64,000 bases of DNA. It comes from Octopus sinensis (taxonomy: Eukaryota). Location: NCBI RefSeq assembly GCF_006345805.1, contig NC_042997.1, positions 201,314,001 to 201,378,000 on the forward strand. The letters run 5' to 3'. The stretch's first letter is position 1. Each line of letters begins with the position of its first letter. The notes under the pieces were generated by a model. It saw only the letters and a program-made list of their open reading frames with translations, searched no databases and was not told the origin of the DNA. Shown piece by piece: positions 1 through 12,423 of this stretch. The position numbers and the translations under genes were made by a program.

Positions 1-187
1 GCTAGTGGTCAAACGTTCTACGACCCCCTTGCCTCGCTAACTACCACGATAGGCAAGCGGGTCGTGCTTCCGGTGGTTCACGCATGCGCGAGAGGGCCCT
101 TCCTTTCTGGGCCTTTGGTAAAGGCACCAACACGCGCGAAATACAAATGGACGGTGCGCGAGCGCGCACCGCTATAGGGTCACTACA

Positions 188-200
188 GGCTCCCCTCCAG
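188..200 (-). promoter_or_regulatory. Polypurine tract
   Basis: Minus strand CTGGAGGGGAGCC directly precedes the TGTAG start of the 3' LTR. Confidence 0.8.
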
Positions 201-1718
201 TGCGTACGCACGAAAGGAAACTTATTGTAGTGACTGCAAAACTCAAGGTGGACACCAGATAACCAAATAGCACAGAATAATATAATGGCAAAAATTTATA
301 ACATACACAAGAAATTTACTAAAGGAAAAAGAGAAAAAATACTCAATGAGCAAAAATCAAGAGTGCATGCATGAAAGTGTATACGTCACAAAGTATAGAG
401 CCTTCCGCTGAAGGGAGCGGAGGGAAAGCAAAACTCACAGTTAATGAACCTAAACGAAATTAAAATCCAACTTCTCTAAAGGTAGTTGATCCTGCAAAAT
501 AGCAGTTAAATCAATTGCTGCAGGAGAGGAAATGGAATCGGCAGAAGCTCGCTAGTAACACAAAAGGCAAAAGTGCAAACATGCTGGTGTGATGCGCGAC
601 ACAGATAATTTTCTGTTAATTACGTGACCAACAGTGGTCTAACAAGGAAAAATAATTACGCCTAAACATGGCGCAGCGCATTTGAACATCCGACGTCTAT
701 GAGTCGGGAAAAGAATTAGGCTAACGCAAACGTGTTGCAAAAAAACAAGGCAATACACGTGCGAAGCAAAAGGCGCATGAAATGCAATAGTGCTTGCCAG
801 ACCAAAAAACAGCAAGAATATGCCAGTGGTTAAGCGATTATATGCTTCGTTCGTATAGGAACAAAGGTATGACATGCTGGCGCGTCATAATGGACAAACA
901 ACCCTCTCTATGTATACGTGACCGACCTAGGGTCTATAGAAATGAGGGGTGTCCACAAAAGGCAAATTCAGCATGGAAAAAAAAACAAACAAGCGAGAAA
1001 AGCATGTGTGACGTATGTATGTGAGAGAGAGCATTTATGTGTGTGTACGTGTGTGCGACAGAAATACATATAAGGTGAATGCGAGCAAAATATAAAAACA
1101 GCGCATAGAAAAAAAATGTCTCTCAAGGCTATTCCAGACAAGAATTAATTTACCAGTCTGTAATAGCCTGATGTACAATAGCAGTTCGTTCTGTAACAGA
1201 AATGTTGAAATCACAAAATGCAGATGCCGGTTGAACACAATGTGTAGCGGTTGTGGCTTCAATGCTGTGACAGGTTAACTGGAACAGAAGAAATCTCGTA
1301 GATAGTGCTGGGCTGTGAATTCTTGGTGTGCTAATGCACAAACGGCAAGTGGACCAAACTTCCGCGAGTTGCTATGTACATCTTGGTGGAGGTCGACGGT
1401 GTTGAAAGGCGACGTTGGTGGTGGAAGGCGACTGTAGTGGACTTGAGACAACATCGTTCTTAGTGATGATGGCGACGAAGATAGCGACGACGTGAAGTAG
1501 ACAGACGACGATGATGATGACGAAGGCAGAGAAATAGCATCGTTGATATGATGGCGTCCGTCATTATGTTGAAGAATGAGAAAAGGGCTCCTTCTATAAC
1601 GGTCCGAGAGGACGGAAACAAATCGTCGAAAGATTAATGCGTAGAGTTAATCGTGTTCCGACTTCGCAGAAAAACTGGATCTTTTTTGTTGTTAAGTGAT
1701 CTCTGGTTTTAGACCAGA

Positions 1719-1736
1719 ATCACGTCGGGGTCACCA
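1719..1736 (-). promoter_or_regulatory. Primer binding site complementary to the tRNA-Trp 3' end
   Basis: Minus strand TGGTGACCCCGACGTGAT, 1 nt after the LTR-terminal CA; identical to the tRNA-Trp PBS of avian sarcoma/leukosis viruses. Confidence 0.92.
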
Positions 1737-2332
1737 GTGAAACGAGCTTAGTGTGAGTGTTTATCTATCTTGTACTTTCTGGGTACAAGAAAGCAATCAC
1801 TCACTAGCCGTTGCTTTAATAATCCAGAATTCTACTAGTCAGAAACAACAAGACGCAGACGTAAAATATATATATACTACTTTATTCTCTTTCTTGGTAA
1901 CAATAACAATAAGTGTGTTATCTGATGTCCTTGATTCTGGGCGCGCAAGGCTGAAAGTTAATAGATTGTAATATTTACAATGTCCAGCCGCTAAACCAGA
2001 AAGGGGTCAAGATGGCGTCGAACAGGGAAGTTGAATGTGGTCGGCAACAATTTGGTTAAAGGCATTCGGCCGACTGCTGCTATCAACCGGAGAGAATATA
2101 TGCGTGACCGCCGCCTTCAATCGCTGGGTCCCAAGTCGCCGCTGCTGCTAGTGGTCAAACGTTCTACGACCCCCTTGCCTCGCTAACTACCACGATAGGC
2201 AAGCGGGTCGTGCTTCCGGTGGTTCACGCATGCGCGAGAGGGCCCTTCCTTTCTGTGCCTTGGTAAAGGCACCAACACGCGCGAAATACAAATGGACGGT
2301 GCGCGAGCGCGCACCGCTATAGGGTCACTACA

Positions 2333-2385
2333 CCGCGATCCTATGACCGCGAGTCCGCTGGCCTAACCACTGGGCCATTGCACAT
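2333..2385 (-). mobile_element. tRNA-derived SINE head interrupted by the LTR element
   Basis: ccgcgatcctatgaccgcgagtccgctggcctaaccactgggccattg matches the head of the full copy at 53419-53804. Confidence 0.85.
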
Positions 2386-2387
2386 CC

Positions 2388-2580
2388 GGCAGAATCGTTA
2401 GCGTGTTAGACAAAATACTTAGCGGTATTTCGTCTGCCGTTACATTCTGAGTTCAAGTTCCGCTGAGGTCGACTTTGCTATTCATCCTTTCGGAGTCGGT
2501 TAAATAAGTACCAGTTACGCACTGGTTAATCCGTTTGCCTGTCCTTGTTAAGCCCCTTGTGGGTAGTAGAGAAATAGGTA
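2388..2580 (+). mobile_element. SINE with Meta/MESC-like central domain
   Basis: Degenerate core gtcgactttgc..ttcatcctttcgg, shared with many copies in the window. Confidence 0.8.
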
Positions 2581-2828
2581 AGAAGTTTGCTTCACAACCA
2601 CATAGCTCCAGGTTCAGTCTCCCTGCAGGGTACCTTGGGCAAGAATCTTCTACTAAAGCCTTGTAGATGGATTTGGTAGACAAAAACTAGTCATGTGTGT
2701 GTGTGTGACTGTTAAATGTCATTGCCACTAGTATTTGAGCTGATTTGCTAACTGCTAGGGGCTGTATATGACTGCTGATGTTGTGTACTGGCTGGTATTT
2801 CTAGCGTTGGAGGTCAACACCTGTCTAC

Positions 2829-3190
2829 AGCACTCCGTCAGTTATGACAATGATAGTTCCAGTTGATCCGATCAATGGAACAACCTGCTCATGAAATAAA
2901 CATGCAAGTGGCTGAGCACTCCACAGACACGTATACCCTTAACATAGTTCTCAGGGAGATTCAGCATGACGCAGAGTGTGACAAGGCTGGCCCTTCGAAA
3001 TACAGGTACAACAGGAAGAAAGAGTGAGAGAAAGAGTACAGCAGGGTTTGCCACAATGCCCTGCTGGAGCCTCATGGAGATTTAGGTATTTTCACTCAAT
3101 AAACACTCACAACACCCGGTCTGAGAATCGAAACTGCAATCCCATGACCATGAGTCTGCTGCCAAACCACTGGGCCATTGCACCTCCTCA
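2829..3190 (-). mobile_element. tRNA-derived SINE (GGAGGCGCAATGGCCCAGTGG head family)
   Basis: A box TGGCCCAGTGG and B-box-like GTTTCGATTC on the minus strand; homologous to 47995-48405 and 53419-53804. Confidence 0.85.
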
Positions 3191-3240
3191 GCAATTTGTA
3201 CATAGAAGGAAATGACAAAATCTGTTGAAATGTTTACTTT

Positions 3241-3642
3241 TTTACTTGTTTCAGTCATGTGACTGTGGCCATGCGGGAGCACCGCCTTTAGTCGAGAAAA
3301 TCGACCCCAGGACTTGTTCTTTGTAAGCCTAATATTTATTCTATCGGTCTCTTTTGCCAAACCGTTAAGTTACGGACACGTAAACACACCACCATCGGTT
3401 GTCAAGCGATGTTGGGGGTGGGGGGACAAACACAGACACTCAAACATAAACACATACATACACATATATACATATACACGATGGGCTTCTTTCAGTTTCC
3501 TTCTGCCAAATCCACTCACAAGGCTTTGGTCGACCCGAGGCTATAGTAGAAGACACTTGCCCAAGGTGTCACGCAGTGGGACTGAACCTGAAACCATGTG
3601 GTTGGTAAGCAAGCCTCTTACCACACAACCACTCCTACACCT
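3241..3642 (-). mobile_element. Abundant octopus-type SINE with CORE-like domain and internal microsatellite
   Basis: Head GGAGTGGxTGTGTGGTAAG, core CCTTGGGCAAGTGTCTT, tail ACTGAAACAAGTAAAA. Other copies at about 4230-4415, 5395-5680, 10175-10560, 26410-26605, 27008-27400, 29712-29880, 32030-32395, 32520-32885, 38300-38690, 40258-40925, 49506-49900, 55045-55200, 58152-58360, 61561-61950, 62970-63260 and 63700-63890. Confidence 0.88.
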
Positions 3643-4149
3643 CTATTTGTTTTATGAACGCGTTTGTTTTATGAACAAACTTCTTACTTGTTGAGACAGT
3701 TTAGACGTTATCAAAATAATATTACAATATATGTTGAGAGATTTTGATTGTTATTGTAATTATATTTAAAATGTTACTACTCGTCATTGTGTTTCTGTGG
3801 ATATTTCATTATGATGATATCGGCGAGGTTCTGTCGCTGCCTGTGTCTGTTTGCCATCCATCTGATGTCTAAGCTATATCCCAATGATCTCTAGATTGTG
3901 TTGCACGTGTGTGTCATTTTAAACAGATTGAGAGGCTGAGAAAGGAATGCACCAAAAGCTGATATGGTTACCGGAGCCTATTCCACATGAAGTCGTGATT
4001 GGTCAGATTTTGTTCATCATGTGAGTAATTATCCTTTCTAGGTGAAGTCATGATTGGTCAGACTCACTCGTTATGTGGACAACGTTCCAGTGAATCACGA
4101 CATCTAGGTGACTGCTGAATATTCTGACTACCTGTGTGTGTGTGTGCGT

Positions 4150-4195
<46 letters not shown>

Positions 4196-7100
4196 TGTGT
4201 GTGCACATGTGTGCATACGTGCTTGTGTGCGTATTTTGGTGTCTGTGTTTGCCCGCTCCTCCCCAACGCTTGATAACCAGTGTTGGTGTGTTTACATCTC
4301 CATAACTCAGTGGTTTGGCAGCTTAAAAACGTACTGGGGTTGGTTCATTCAACTAAAAAGTTCTTCGAGGCGATGCCCCAGTATGACCACAGTCTAATGG
4401 CAGAAACAAGTAAGAAATCAAAAGTACTTACACAATCTCAGAGTTAGTCTCCATTTTATGTGCGAGTATGGGTGAAGGCCGATGCCATAGTGGTTACGGT
4501 GTAACACTTGCAATCATAAGATTGTAGCAGATTCAAAACTGAATTGCTAGGGAGCCAAGTAGTCATCACGGCCAAGTCACAGTAGATTCACATGATCGAC
4601 TAATTAACCGCCCAATCAGTGTCAAGTCATCACATGACTCGACTTTCTAGAAATTTCTCATTGAGCCCTATATAAAGATGGTCTCGGCGGTAACCCGAGA
4701 ATGCTGAGACCGTCATTCGATGTCTCCAATCTGATTGCCTCACCAGCCATTGGCAGATAGAAAGCTGCCTGTTTTTGCATAATTTCTACGGCTGAATGTC
4801 CTTCCTAATGGCAACCACTTTACAGAGTGTACTGGGTGCTTTTCACGTAGCACCGTCAGCAATGCTTTTTACATGGTACCGACACCAAAAGAGTCAATGA
4901 ATGTGCGTGTGTGTATTATTTAGTGTGGAGAGAAATACCAGTAGTCAGTACTGTATTCCAGGTTTCTGAGACTGGTGGCCAGAAGTGGTAAGTTATTCTC
5001 AAACTGAAGATCTAGTCACATGCTAGTAACAGATTTGAGCTTCTCTAAAAGGGAACCAAAGGCTCAGATGTTGGTGTCAAACATGGTGGTGTATTAAGTC
5101 TATCACCGTAGAACAGAAATGGTTCCACCATCAGAATAGCATGTTGATTCAGTTTTGGTCACCACATTTTGTTTGGTCTGGTGATGTAGTCACTTGACCA
5201 AGAAGCCGTGCAGTGGGATTGAACCCTAAACCCCATCATTGCAAATCGAACTTCTCCATGATACACAGCCACACCCACACCCATAGTCATACCTTGCCCT
5301 TACATTTGTACCCTTGAGACAGTCAGCACACCTGAGTTGTTAGCATGTGTATATCACACCTAACTTCAAATATATTCTAAGATTACATAACTTTTATCTT
5401 TTATCTGTTTCAGTCATCTGACTGCGGCCATGCTGGGGCAATACGTTAAAAAATTTTTTAGTCGAATGAGTCACCCCCCCATACTAAGTTTTTAAAGTGA
5501 GGTACTTATTCTATTGGTCACTTTTGCTGAGCCGCAAGGTTACGGGGATGTAAACTCACCAGCATCAGTTGTCAAGTGGTACTTTGGAGACAGAGACAAA
5601 ACAAAAACATCACACACACATGTACACACACAACAGGCTTCTTTCACTTTCAGTCTACCAAATCTACTCACAAAGTTTTGCTTGTATATTTACAATAGCC
5701 AGTATTTTCGTGATGGTCAATATGTCACTATGTATCAGACGCCTGATGCAAATATCATACAGACATTTCACACCTAAATTGAATTTAAAGAGTGTCTTTC
5801 TTTGTAATAATTTGGAGAAAGTTTTGTCAATTTATTTCAGATTTAGTAGCTTGTTGTTATTTTTGCTGTTATTTAGCCAAAGTTAGTGCTAATAAAGCTG
5901 ACGCATAACCAGAGCCATTCTAGACATGACTATCCAACCCTTTACTCATACATTATATGTTAAATGCGTAATCTCAATTAATAAGAGAAAAAAATGTTAT
6001 TTGAGGGATTTAGCTACTATTTCTAACCACATAATGGTAAGCTCTTTGGTTTGTTTCTATGATTAAGAAGAGTTTATTATTCTGAAAATATTAAGAAACC
6101 CGCTAATCTATTATGCCTTTGTTTCTTGTGTTTTATTAAATATCTACGTTCAAGGTTAGAACGTCTTTGATCTGAGAAGTGCAGGTAGGCTTCGGTCTGT
6201 GACGAACCCCAAGACTCATGACAGATCTCAGTCATTTATACAAGGTGTATAATTAACAGAAGTTATGTTACAACATTTCACCCTGTACAAGACGCCAGTC
6301 TGTCGCAGGGTTGACCCATCAGTGATTGTTGCAATTTATTTTCAGGTAAGAAGTCTCCAGCAACATGAAATCAAGTGTTCTGGTCAAGAACACAGCACAC
6401 AGCTCTATCCAAGAATTGAACCCACGAACATAAGTTAATGAATACAACATCCTATTCCTTACACCACGTGCTTACACACATACAGGTGGCTATTTAAATG
6501 TTAGTGAAGTAGGCAGTACGTTAATTCTTACCAAATCAAGGAATTGTGAAATAGCACAATACTTAACTTTTGGTTTATCTGTAAATAAATCTATTTTGCT
6601 CTGTCTTGTTCACATTATTGGTCAAAAGAACATAGCAGGAAATCAAAGTACAGTTCAGTACAGTTAGAAAATATCTAATTTTAAAGATTCTCTTTGCTAT
6701 TAATTGCTGGTAGGTACACCGTATTTCGTTTTGCAACCATAATATACTTCCAAGTTTATTAAAGGCGTCTTAAGTGGATACTGTGTCCTACCGTGTTAGC
6801 AATAAGATTCAATCGTTGAAGTTATCTCTACAGACTTTCTATAGAAATTAGAACCAGCTGGGCTTACAGAGAGATTAGTTGTGGTATCACTGATGTTATT
6901 AGAACGAAGCGGGTTTCTTATTTAACTATAGAATTCCTTAAAAGCATTATCCCTTTTCACCAAGAAGTAATGTAAATTTGTGTTGAGAGGAAAACGGCAG
7001 CAAGAGAAATTGTCAGGGAAGATCAATAATGGGAAATTTTAAAGGGAAGACGTTTTACTTTGGCATCCATTTTCTCCTTTACTTTTAATGAACCAATGAG

Positions 7101-7488
7101 GTAGCTTTTAACAGTAGCTCAACCTGTTGGAAGTATTAGATCTGAGGGAAATTTAGTTGCTCTTTCTGGTTATTCAATGACCACTTAAAGGCTCGGCCTT
7201 TAACTCAGAAAGATCGTATTTTAGTATGGACTTGTAAAGAGAATATACGAGGGAAACAGAAAGAAAAGGCTCGGTCAGTAATAGTTTTTATGTTAGAGGA
7301 AGATCAAAGATAAACTGCAACGGCATTTCTTCACTTTCCATCTTGTCATCTTATCTCCCCAGAACAGCACTTTATAAACTCCTGTCTCCTTCAATCCAGT
7401 CCCGCAACTTCACATATTTTTCTGAACACTTTCACTCTACCTTTAAGCGTGACTACAATTCACGTAATTTTTTGGTTCATAGTTTCTT

Positions 7489-7724
7489 ATTTTATTTCTT
7501 TACTGCCCACAAGGGGCTAAACATAGAGGGGACAAACAAGGACAGACAAAGGGATTAAGTCGATTACATCGACCCCTGTTTTTAACTGGTACTTAACTTA
7601 TCGACCCCGAAAGGATGAAAGGTAAAGTCGACCTCGGCGGAATTTGAACTCAAAACGTAACGGCAGACGAAATGCCGCTCAGCATTTCCCCCAGCATGCT
7701 AACGTTTCTGCCAGCTTGCTGCCT
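7489..7724 (-). mobile_element. Meta/MESC-type SINE with 13-bp target-site duplication
   Basis: TSD ttcatagtttctt at 7476-7488 and 7725-7737. Other copies at 8191-8398 (TSD atgccaaccactttata), 21010-21222, 29209-29460, 29489-29710, 36222-36410 and 57349-57910. Confidence 0.9.
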
Positions 7725-8813
7725 TTCATAGTTTCTTCATACCTTACTTACATCCAGCCAAGATAATTTGCCTGCTTCCTTACGAGATAACTCAAGTCTG
7801 CAGCCTGTCAGTTCAATTGTTGAGGTTAAAACTGCCTGAATCTCACCGTTTGTGAAATTGCACAACACCACAAATCTCCCGTTTCTGTCCTACATCAGGT
7901 TTTACTATAAATTATTCTGTGAAACACAGCTAGATCAACTGGTATTAACCACCTGTGCCAGTATTTGAGGTTGCTCTTTCTTGCTAAGGACAACATCAAA
8001 TCATATTTCAGAAATACCTTGTCTGCATTCTTGAACTATATAAGCCATCATTGTCATCATCATCACCATTTAAAGTCTGCGTTCCATTTTGGTACAGATT
8101 GGACGGTTTGACAGGATCTTACGTACCCAAGGATTGCATTGTGCCCCAGTGTTTGTTTTGGTTTGGTTTCTAATGCCAACCACTTTATATATTTCTTTAC
8201 TACCCACAAGGGGCTAAACACAGAGGGAACAAACAAGGACAGACAAAGGGATTAATTCGATTACATCGACCCCCACTGCGTAACTGGTACTTAATTTATT
8301 GACCCCGAAAGGATGAAAGGCAAAATCGACCTCGGCGGAATTTGAACTTGGAACGTAATGACAGACGAAATACGGCTACGCATTTCACCCGGTGTGCTAT
8401 GCCAACCACTTTATAGCGAGCATGTAGTGAGTATTTCGGGCTACCAGCAGCATTAGTGAGGTTGCCATGCAGCTTGTGAGATTATGAATCCTTAGGGGTC
8501 AACTTGATGCTAGGAGATGAGTGAGGAGTGAATAGGGGTAAAGTATGAGAGAAGTGGGAGCAGATCAGAAGAGATTTCTTGCTGTTGAGGAGCTGCATGG
8601 CTACTGGCATTTTAGAAGAGAGGGTAGAAATGATCGGACAGAGCTGAAAAAGAATAAGAAGAGTGGTGAGGAGGTCTCAGAGTGGACATTCAAGGTATGA
8701 GGTGGGTAGGAATATGTGGGGAAGAGTTGCCAGGAATGAGTCGGGATGCAAGGGATGTCTGGTAGTGAGAATAAGTAGTATAGTAACATCGATGCACCAG
8801 ACAGGAGAAGGAT

Positions 8814-9117
8814 GGAGGCACATGGCCTAGAGGTTAGAGCAGCGGACTCGTGGTCGAGGGATCGCAGGTTCGAATCTCAGACCGGGCGATGTGTGTGTTT
8901 ATGACCGAAGCACCTAAGCTCCACGCGGCTCCGGCAAATGGTAATGGCGAACTTCTGCTGACTCTTTCGCCACAACTTTCTCTCAATCTTTCTTCCTACA
9001 TCTTGCAGCTCCCCTGCAACGGACCGGTGTCCCGTCCAGGTGAGGAACCAATACGCCAAGAAAACCGGGAAACCAGCCCTTATGAGCCAGGCATGGCTCG
9101 AGAAGGAACAAACAACA
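8814..9117 (+). mobile_element. tRNA-derived SINE with V-like domain, (AAC)n tail and TSD
   Basis: A box TGGCCTAGAGG, B box GGTTCGAATC; TSD acaggagaaggatg at 8801-8814 and 9118-9131; relative at 35929-36190. Confidence 0.88.
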
Positions 9118-9621
9118 ACAGGAGAAGGATGAAAGAGAGACGACTCGACGGTGGGTTGGTTGCAGGAGTGGATAGGAAAGTGAGGAGAAGCAGACGCCAC
9201 GAATGTGGAGAGTAAGAAGCATGGTAGTGGAGGGAAAATGGAGAGTTTGGTGGCTCAGATACATTTTATTATTAATACAAATTAACATTGAATGCTTACA
9301 TAATTTTAATAGATTCGTATAATTTTATTTAATGTTTTAGAAAATATTTCCTGTTCTATCTAATTATATATATTATGTCATTCACAATCTTATTCAGTAT
9401 CTTGACTTATTTAATCTCTCATATATATTTGATGTCTTATCTAATTTCATTGAATAGTTTAATTTTCAGTGAATGACTCACTAAAATATATTTAATGTCC
9501 CTTGGAATTTTATTCAATGTATTACATAACTACACATGATGTTGTTTAACCCAAGGTAGACCAGGTCAAGCAGACCAATGAAGAATAGATTTTCAATAGT
9601 GACCCTCATGTGATTTGTGTA

Positions 9622-9890
9622 TCATCATCATCATCATCATCGTTTAACATCCATTTTCCGTAGTAGCATGGGTTGGAGGGTTCGACCGGGGTCTGGGAAG
9701 CCAGGAGGCTGCACCAGGTTCCAGTCTGATCTGTCAGTGTTTCTACAGCTGGATGCCCTTCCTAACTCCAACCACTCCGTGAGTGTAGTGGGTGCTTTTT
9801 ACGTGCCACCGGCACAGGGGCCAGGAGAGGCTGGCAGCAGCCACGATCGGATGGTGCTTTATACGTGCCACCGGTACAGGTATCACAACT
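9622..9890 (-). mobile_element. (GAT)n-tailed interspersed retroposon family (AGGAAGGGCATCCAGCTGTAGAAAC motif)
   Basis: Copies at about 8045-8190, 16850-17090, 18005-18195, 20646-21010, 26700-26895, 27895-28525, 33577-33870, 34055-34315, 43426-43700 and 62694-62930; most end in a (CAT/GAT)n tract. Confidence 0.85.
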
Positions 9891-10323
9891 ACAATCTCCA
9901 TTTGATATTCATGGACTTCATTTTTCAATATATCCTTCTTTATTTAAGATAGTTTGGTGTGATTTGTGGAAGGTTTCATTGGTGTTTCTAGCGAGTGAAG
10001 CTCCTGTTTAGAGGCTGCTTTGATGGCTCGTTCCTTGCATAATTATATTTAGAGCTATTTTTAATTATATTCATTGACATATCTAATCTTACTGCTTTAC
10101 TTCATTTTAAATTTCTTTCATTTCATAAAGATTGTCTTCAAAACTTCTTTGTGTGTTTGTTTGCCAATAAGCACAGGGGTGTCTGTGTGGTAAGTAGCTT
10201 GCTTACCAGCAACATGGTTCTGGGTTCATTCCCACTGCATGGCACCTTGTCTTCTATTATAGCCTCAGGTCAACCAAAGCCTTGTGAGTGGATTTGGTAG
10301 ACGGAAACTGAAAGAAGCCCGTC

Positions 10324-10359
<36 letters not shown>

Positions 10360-11072
10360 GTATGTGTGTGTGTATATATGTTTGTGTGTCTGTGATTGAA
10401 CCCCCAACATCGCTTGACAACCGTAACTTAGCGGTTCGGCCAAAGAGACCTATAGAATAAGTACTAGGCTTCCAAAGAATAAGTCCTGGGGTCGATTTGT
10501 CGAATAAAGGTGATGCTCCAGCATGGTCACAGTCAAGTGACTGAAACAAGTAAAGTAAAGAGAGAATAAGACATTCAGCTGCTGGTGAGCTAACGAGGAT
10601 CTCTGTTTGGCATGATCATTCAGTCTCCTAAAAGTAGCAGCCAATTTCCCTTAAACCCATCACACTATCTTAGAAAGCACTACATTGGATAATGCAGTCC
10701 AATGTTCCCTGCATATAGAAAAGGTGAGATGGTCATAACTGGAATGCCTCTCATAAGTCTATCTGATTATAAGCCCTTTTTTTCTTTTAGTTTCCTCATC
10801 TTTGTTTTTGTCCTTTCATCACACAATCTACTGTTGTGCTTCAGACAGAACTATTTTTTATGGCAAGCGAAAGGAAAACTTTGACCAAAAATAAAAGAAA
10901 CCCTCATATTTCCTTACGTTACGTATCGGGAGTCAATGAATGATTTTAATAAATTCCCTTTTTTTTGTCTTTGTTTCTCTGAACGAATTACTTAAAAACC
11001 ATTCACCACACAAGTCTGCAGTTGATGACATCACAAAAGAAGCTTGTTGAAATTTTCAAACAAAATCTATAC

Positions 11073-11228
11073 TTATAAATTTGACATGAGAAATTTCTTT
11101 CTTGTCCTGGGATTCACAGTCAAATGGCTTGGTGGAATTGTGCGAAAAATTACACAGATGTGTAGAATGATCCAATGGTGATTCTGGGCTTTGTATTTTT
11201 TCATAGCTCCCATGGTTACCGAGATAAT
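11073..11228 (-). CDS. Candidate internal exon, product unknown
   Basis: 156 nt, open frame (D)YLGNHGSYEKIQSPESPLDHSTHLCNFSHNSTKPFDCESQDKKEISHVKFI; tag acceptor and gtatag donor; phase 1-1; non-repetitive context. No homology recognised. Confidence 0.28.
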   Translation of the reverse strand: MISVTMGAMKKYKAQNHHWIILHICVIFRTIPPSHLTVNPRTRKKFLMSNL

Positions 11229-11412
11229 CTACTATAATAATACTCTTGTGTTTATGAATGAGAAAGGAAGGCATGATAGATGAATAAGGAAGAAAGGGGC
11301 TATGTCATACTTGGTAGTGGGATGATGAAAATTGTACTCTGAAAAAATAAATCAAACAGCGTTTCAACTTTGTGTGAATATATGTGTGCGTATATAAAAG
11401 GGGGGTATGTGA

Positions 11413-11456
<44 letters not shown>

Positions 11457-11826
11457 ATGTACGTATATGTGTGTTTGTGTGTGTATGCGCAATAGAAGTG
11501 GAATGGTTCATCTTTGTTCACTTACTATATGGGTTTATTTCGGATTTTGTTGAATCTTGGTTGTTTTTATTTTGTTGGCCAGTTATTTTTAGTGTTTTGA
11601 CAGAAAAAAGTCATTCTAAAATTGCTTTTTAACGTAAGCGTGCCCAAACAAGTCGAATGCTTACGCAGAACAGGTTCTACAGCTACGTCATCCAAACCAA
11701 CCAGGTGAAACCAGGCTTAGCTGCTAGTAATAGAGTAATGATGAATATCAAATATCTCTTTAGTTTTTCGTGTTGAAAGTCAAGAATGAAATGATGTCAT
11801 AAGTGAACATACACACACACACACAC

Positions 11827-11899
<73 letters not shown>

Positions 11900-12094
11900 C
11901 GTATATATAGTTGAGATTTATAGAAAAACAGAAGATTAAGATAGGTTTATGAACAGCAAGCAGGTGTTTTTGTTTGATGCTCGTGAAAATGAAAAAGTGT
12001 TTTACTTTTTAGCCTACTCCCTTCAACAGAAAGGAATGAGAGAAAATAAACAGAGAGAATAAAAAACTTGTGGATTTAGCAGTCAATCATGATT

Positions 12095-12107
12095 TATCTA
12101 TCAATCA

Positions 12108-12204
<97 letters not shown>

Positions 12205-12205
12205 C

Positions 12206-12238
<33 letters not shown>

Positions 12239-12264
12239 ATCTATCTATCTACCTAGCTACCTAC

Positions 12265-12297
<33 letters not shown>

Positions 12298-12368
12298 GAT
12301 CTATCTATCTATTTATCAATCTATCTATCTATCTATATATATATATATATATATACATACATACATAT

Positions 12369-12417
<49 letters not shown>
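12095..12417. repeat. (TCTA)n + (TA)n microsatellite
   Basis: Direct reading of the sequence. Confidence 0.97.

Positions 12418-12419
<2 letters not shown>

Positions 12420-12423
<4 letters not shown>

Larger units (their letters stand above)
1..2332 (-). mobile_element. Young non-autonomous LTR retroelement (5' LTR 1738-2332, internal region 188-1737, 3' LTR 1-187 cut by the window edge)
   Basis: 1-187 matches 2147-2332 with about 1 substitution and 1 indel. The minus-strand LTR runs TGTAGTGACC...TTTCA (TG..CA). PBS and PPT are in the expected positions. No gag or pol ORF in the 1.55 kb interior. Confidence 0.92.

Noticed and set aside
4998-5039. ctcaaa-CTGAAGA-tctag..ctag-..tttgag hammerhead-like fold
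   Set aside because: GAAA and the cleavage triplet are absent; at best a dead relic.
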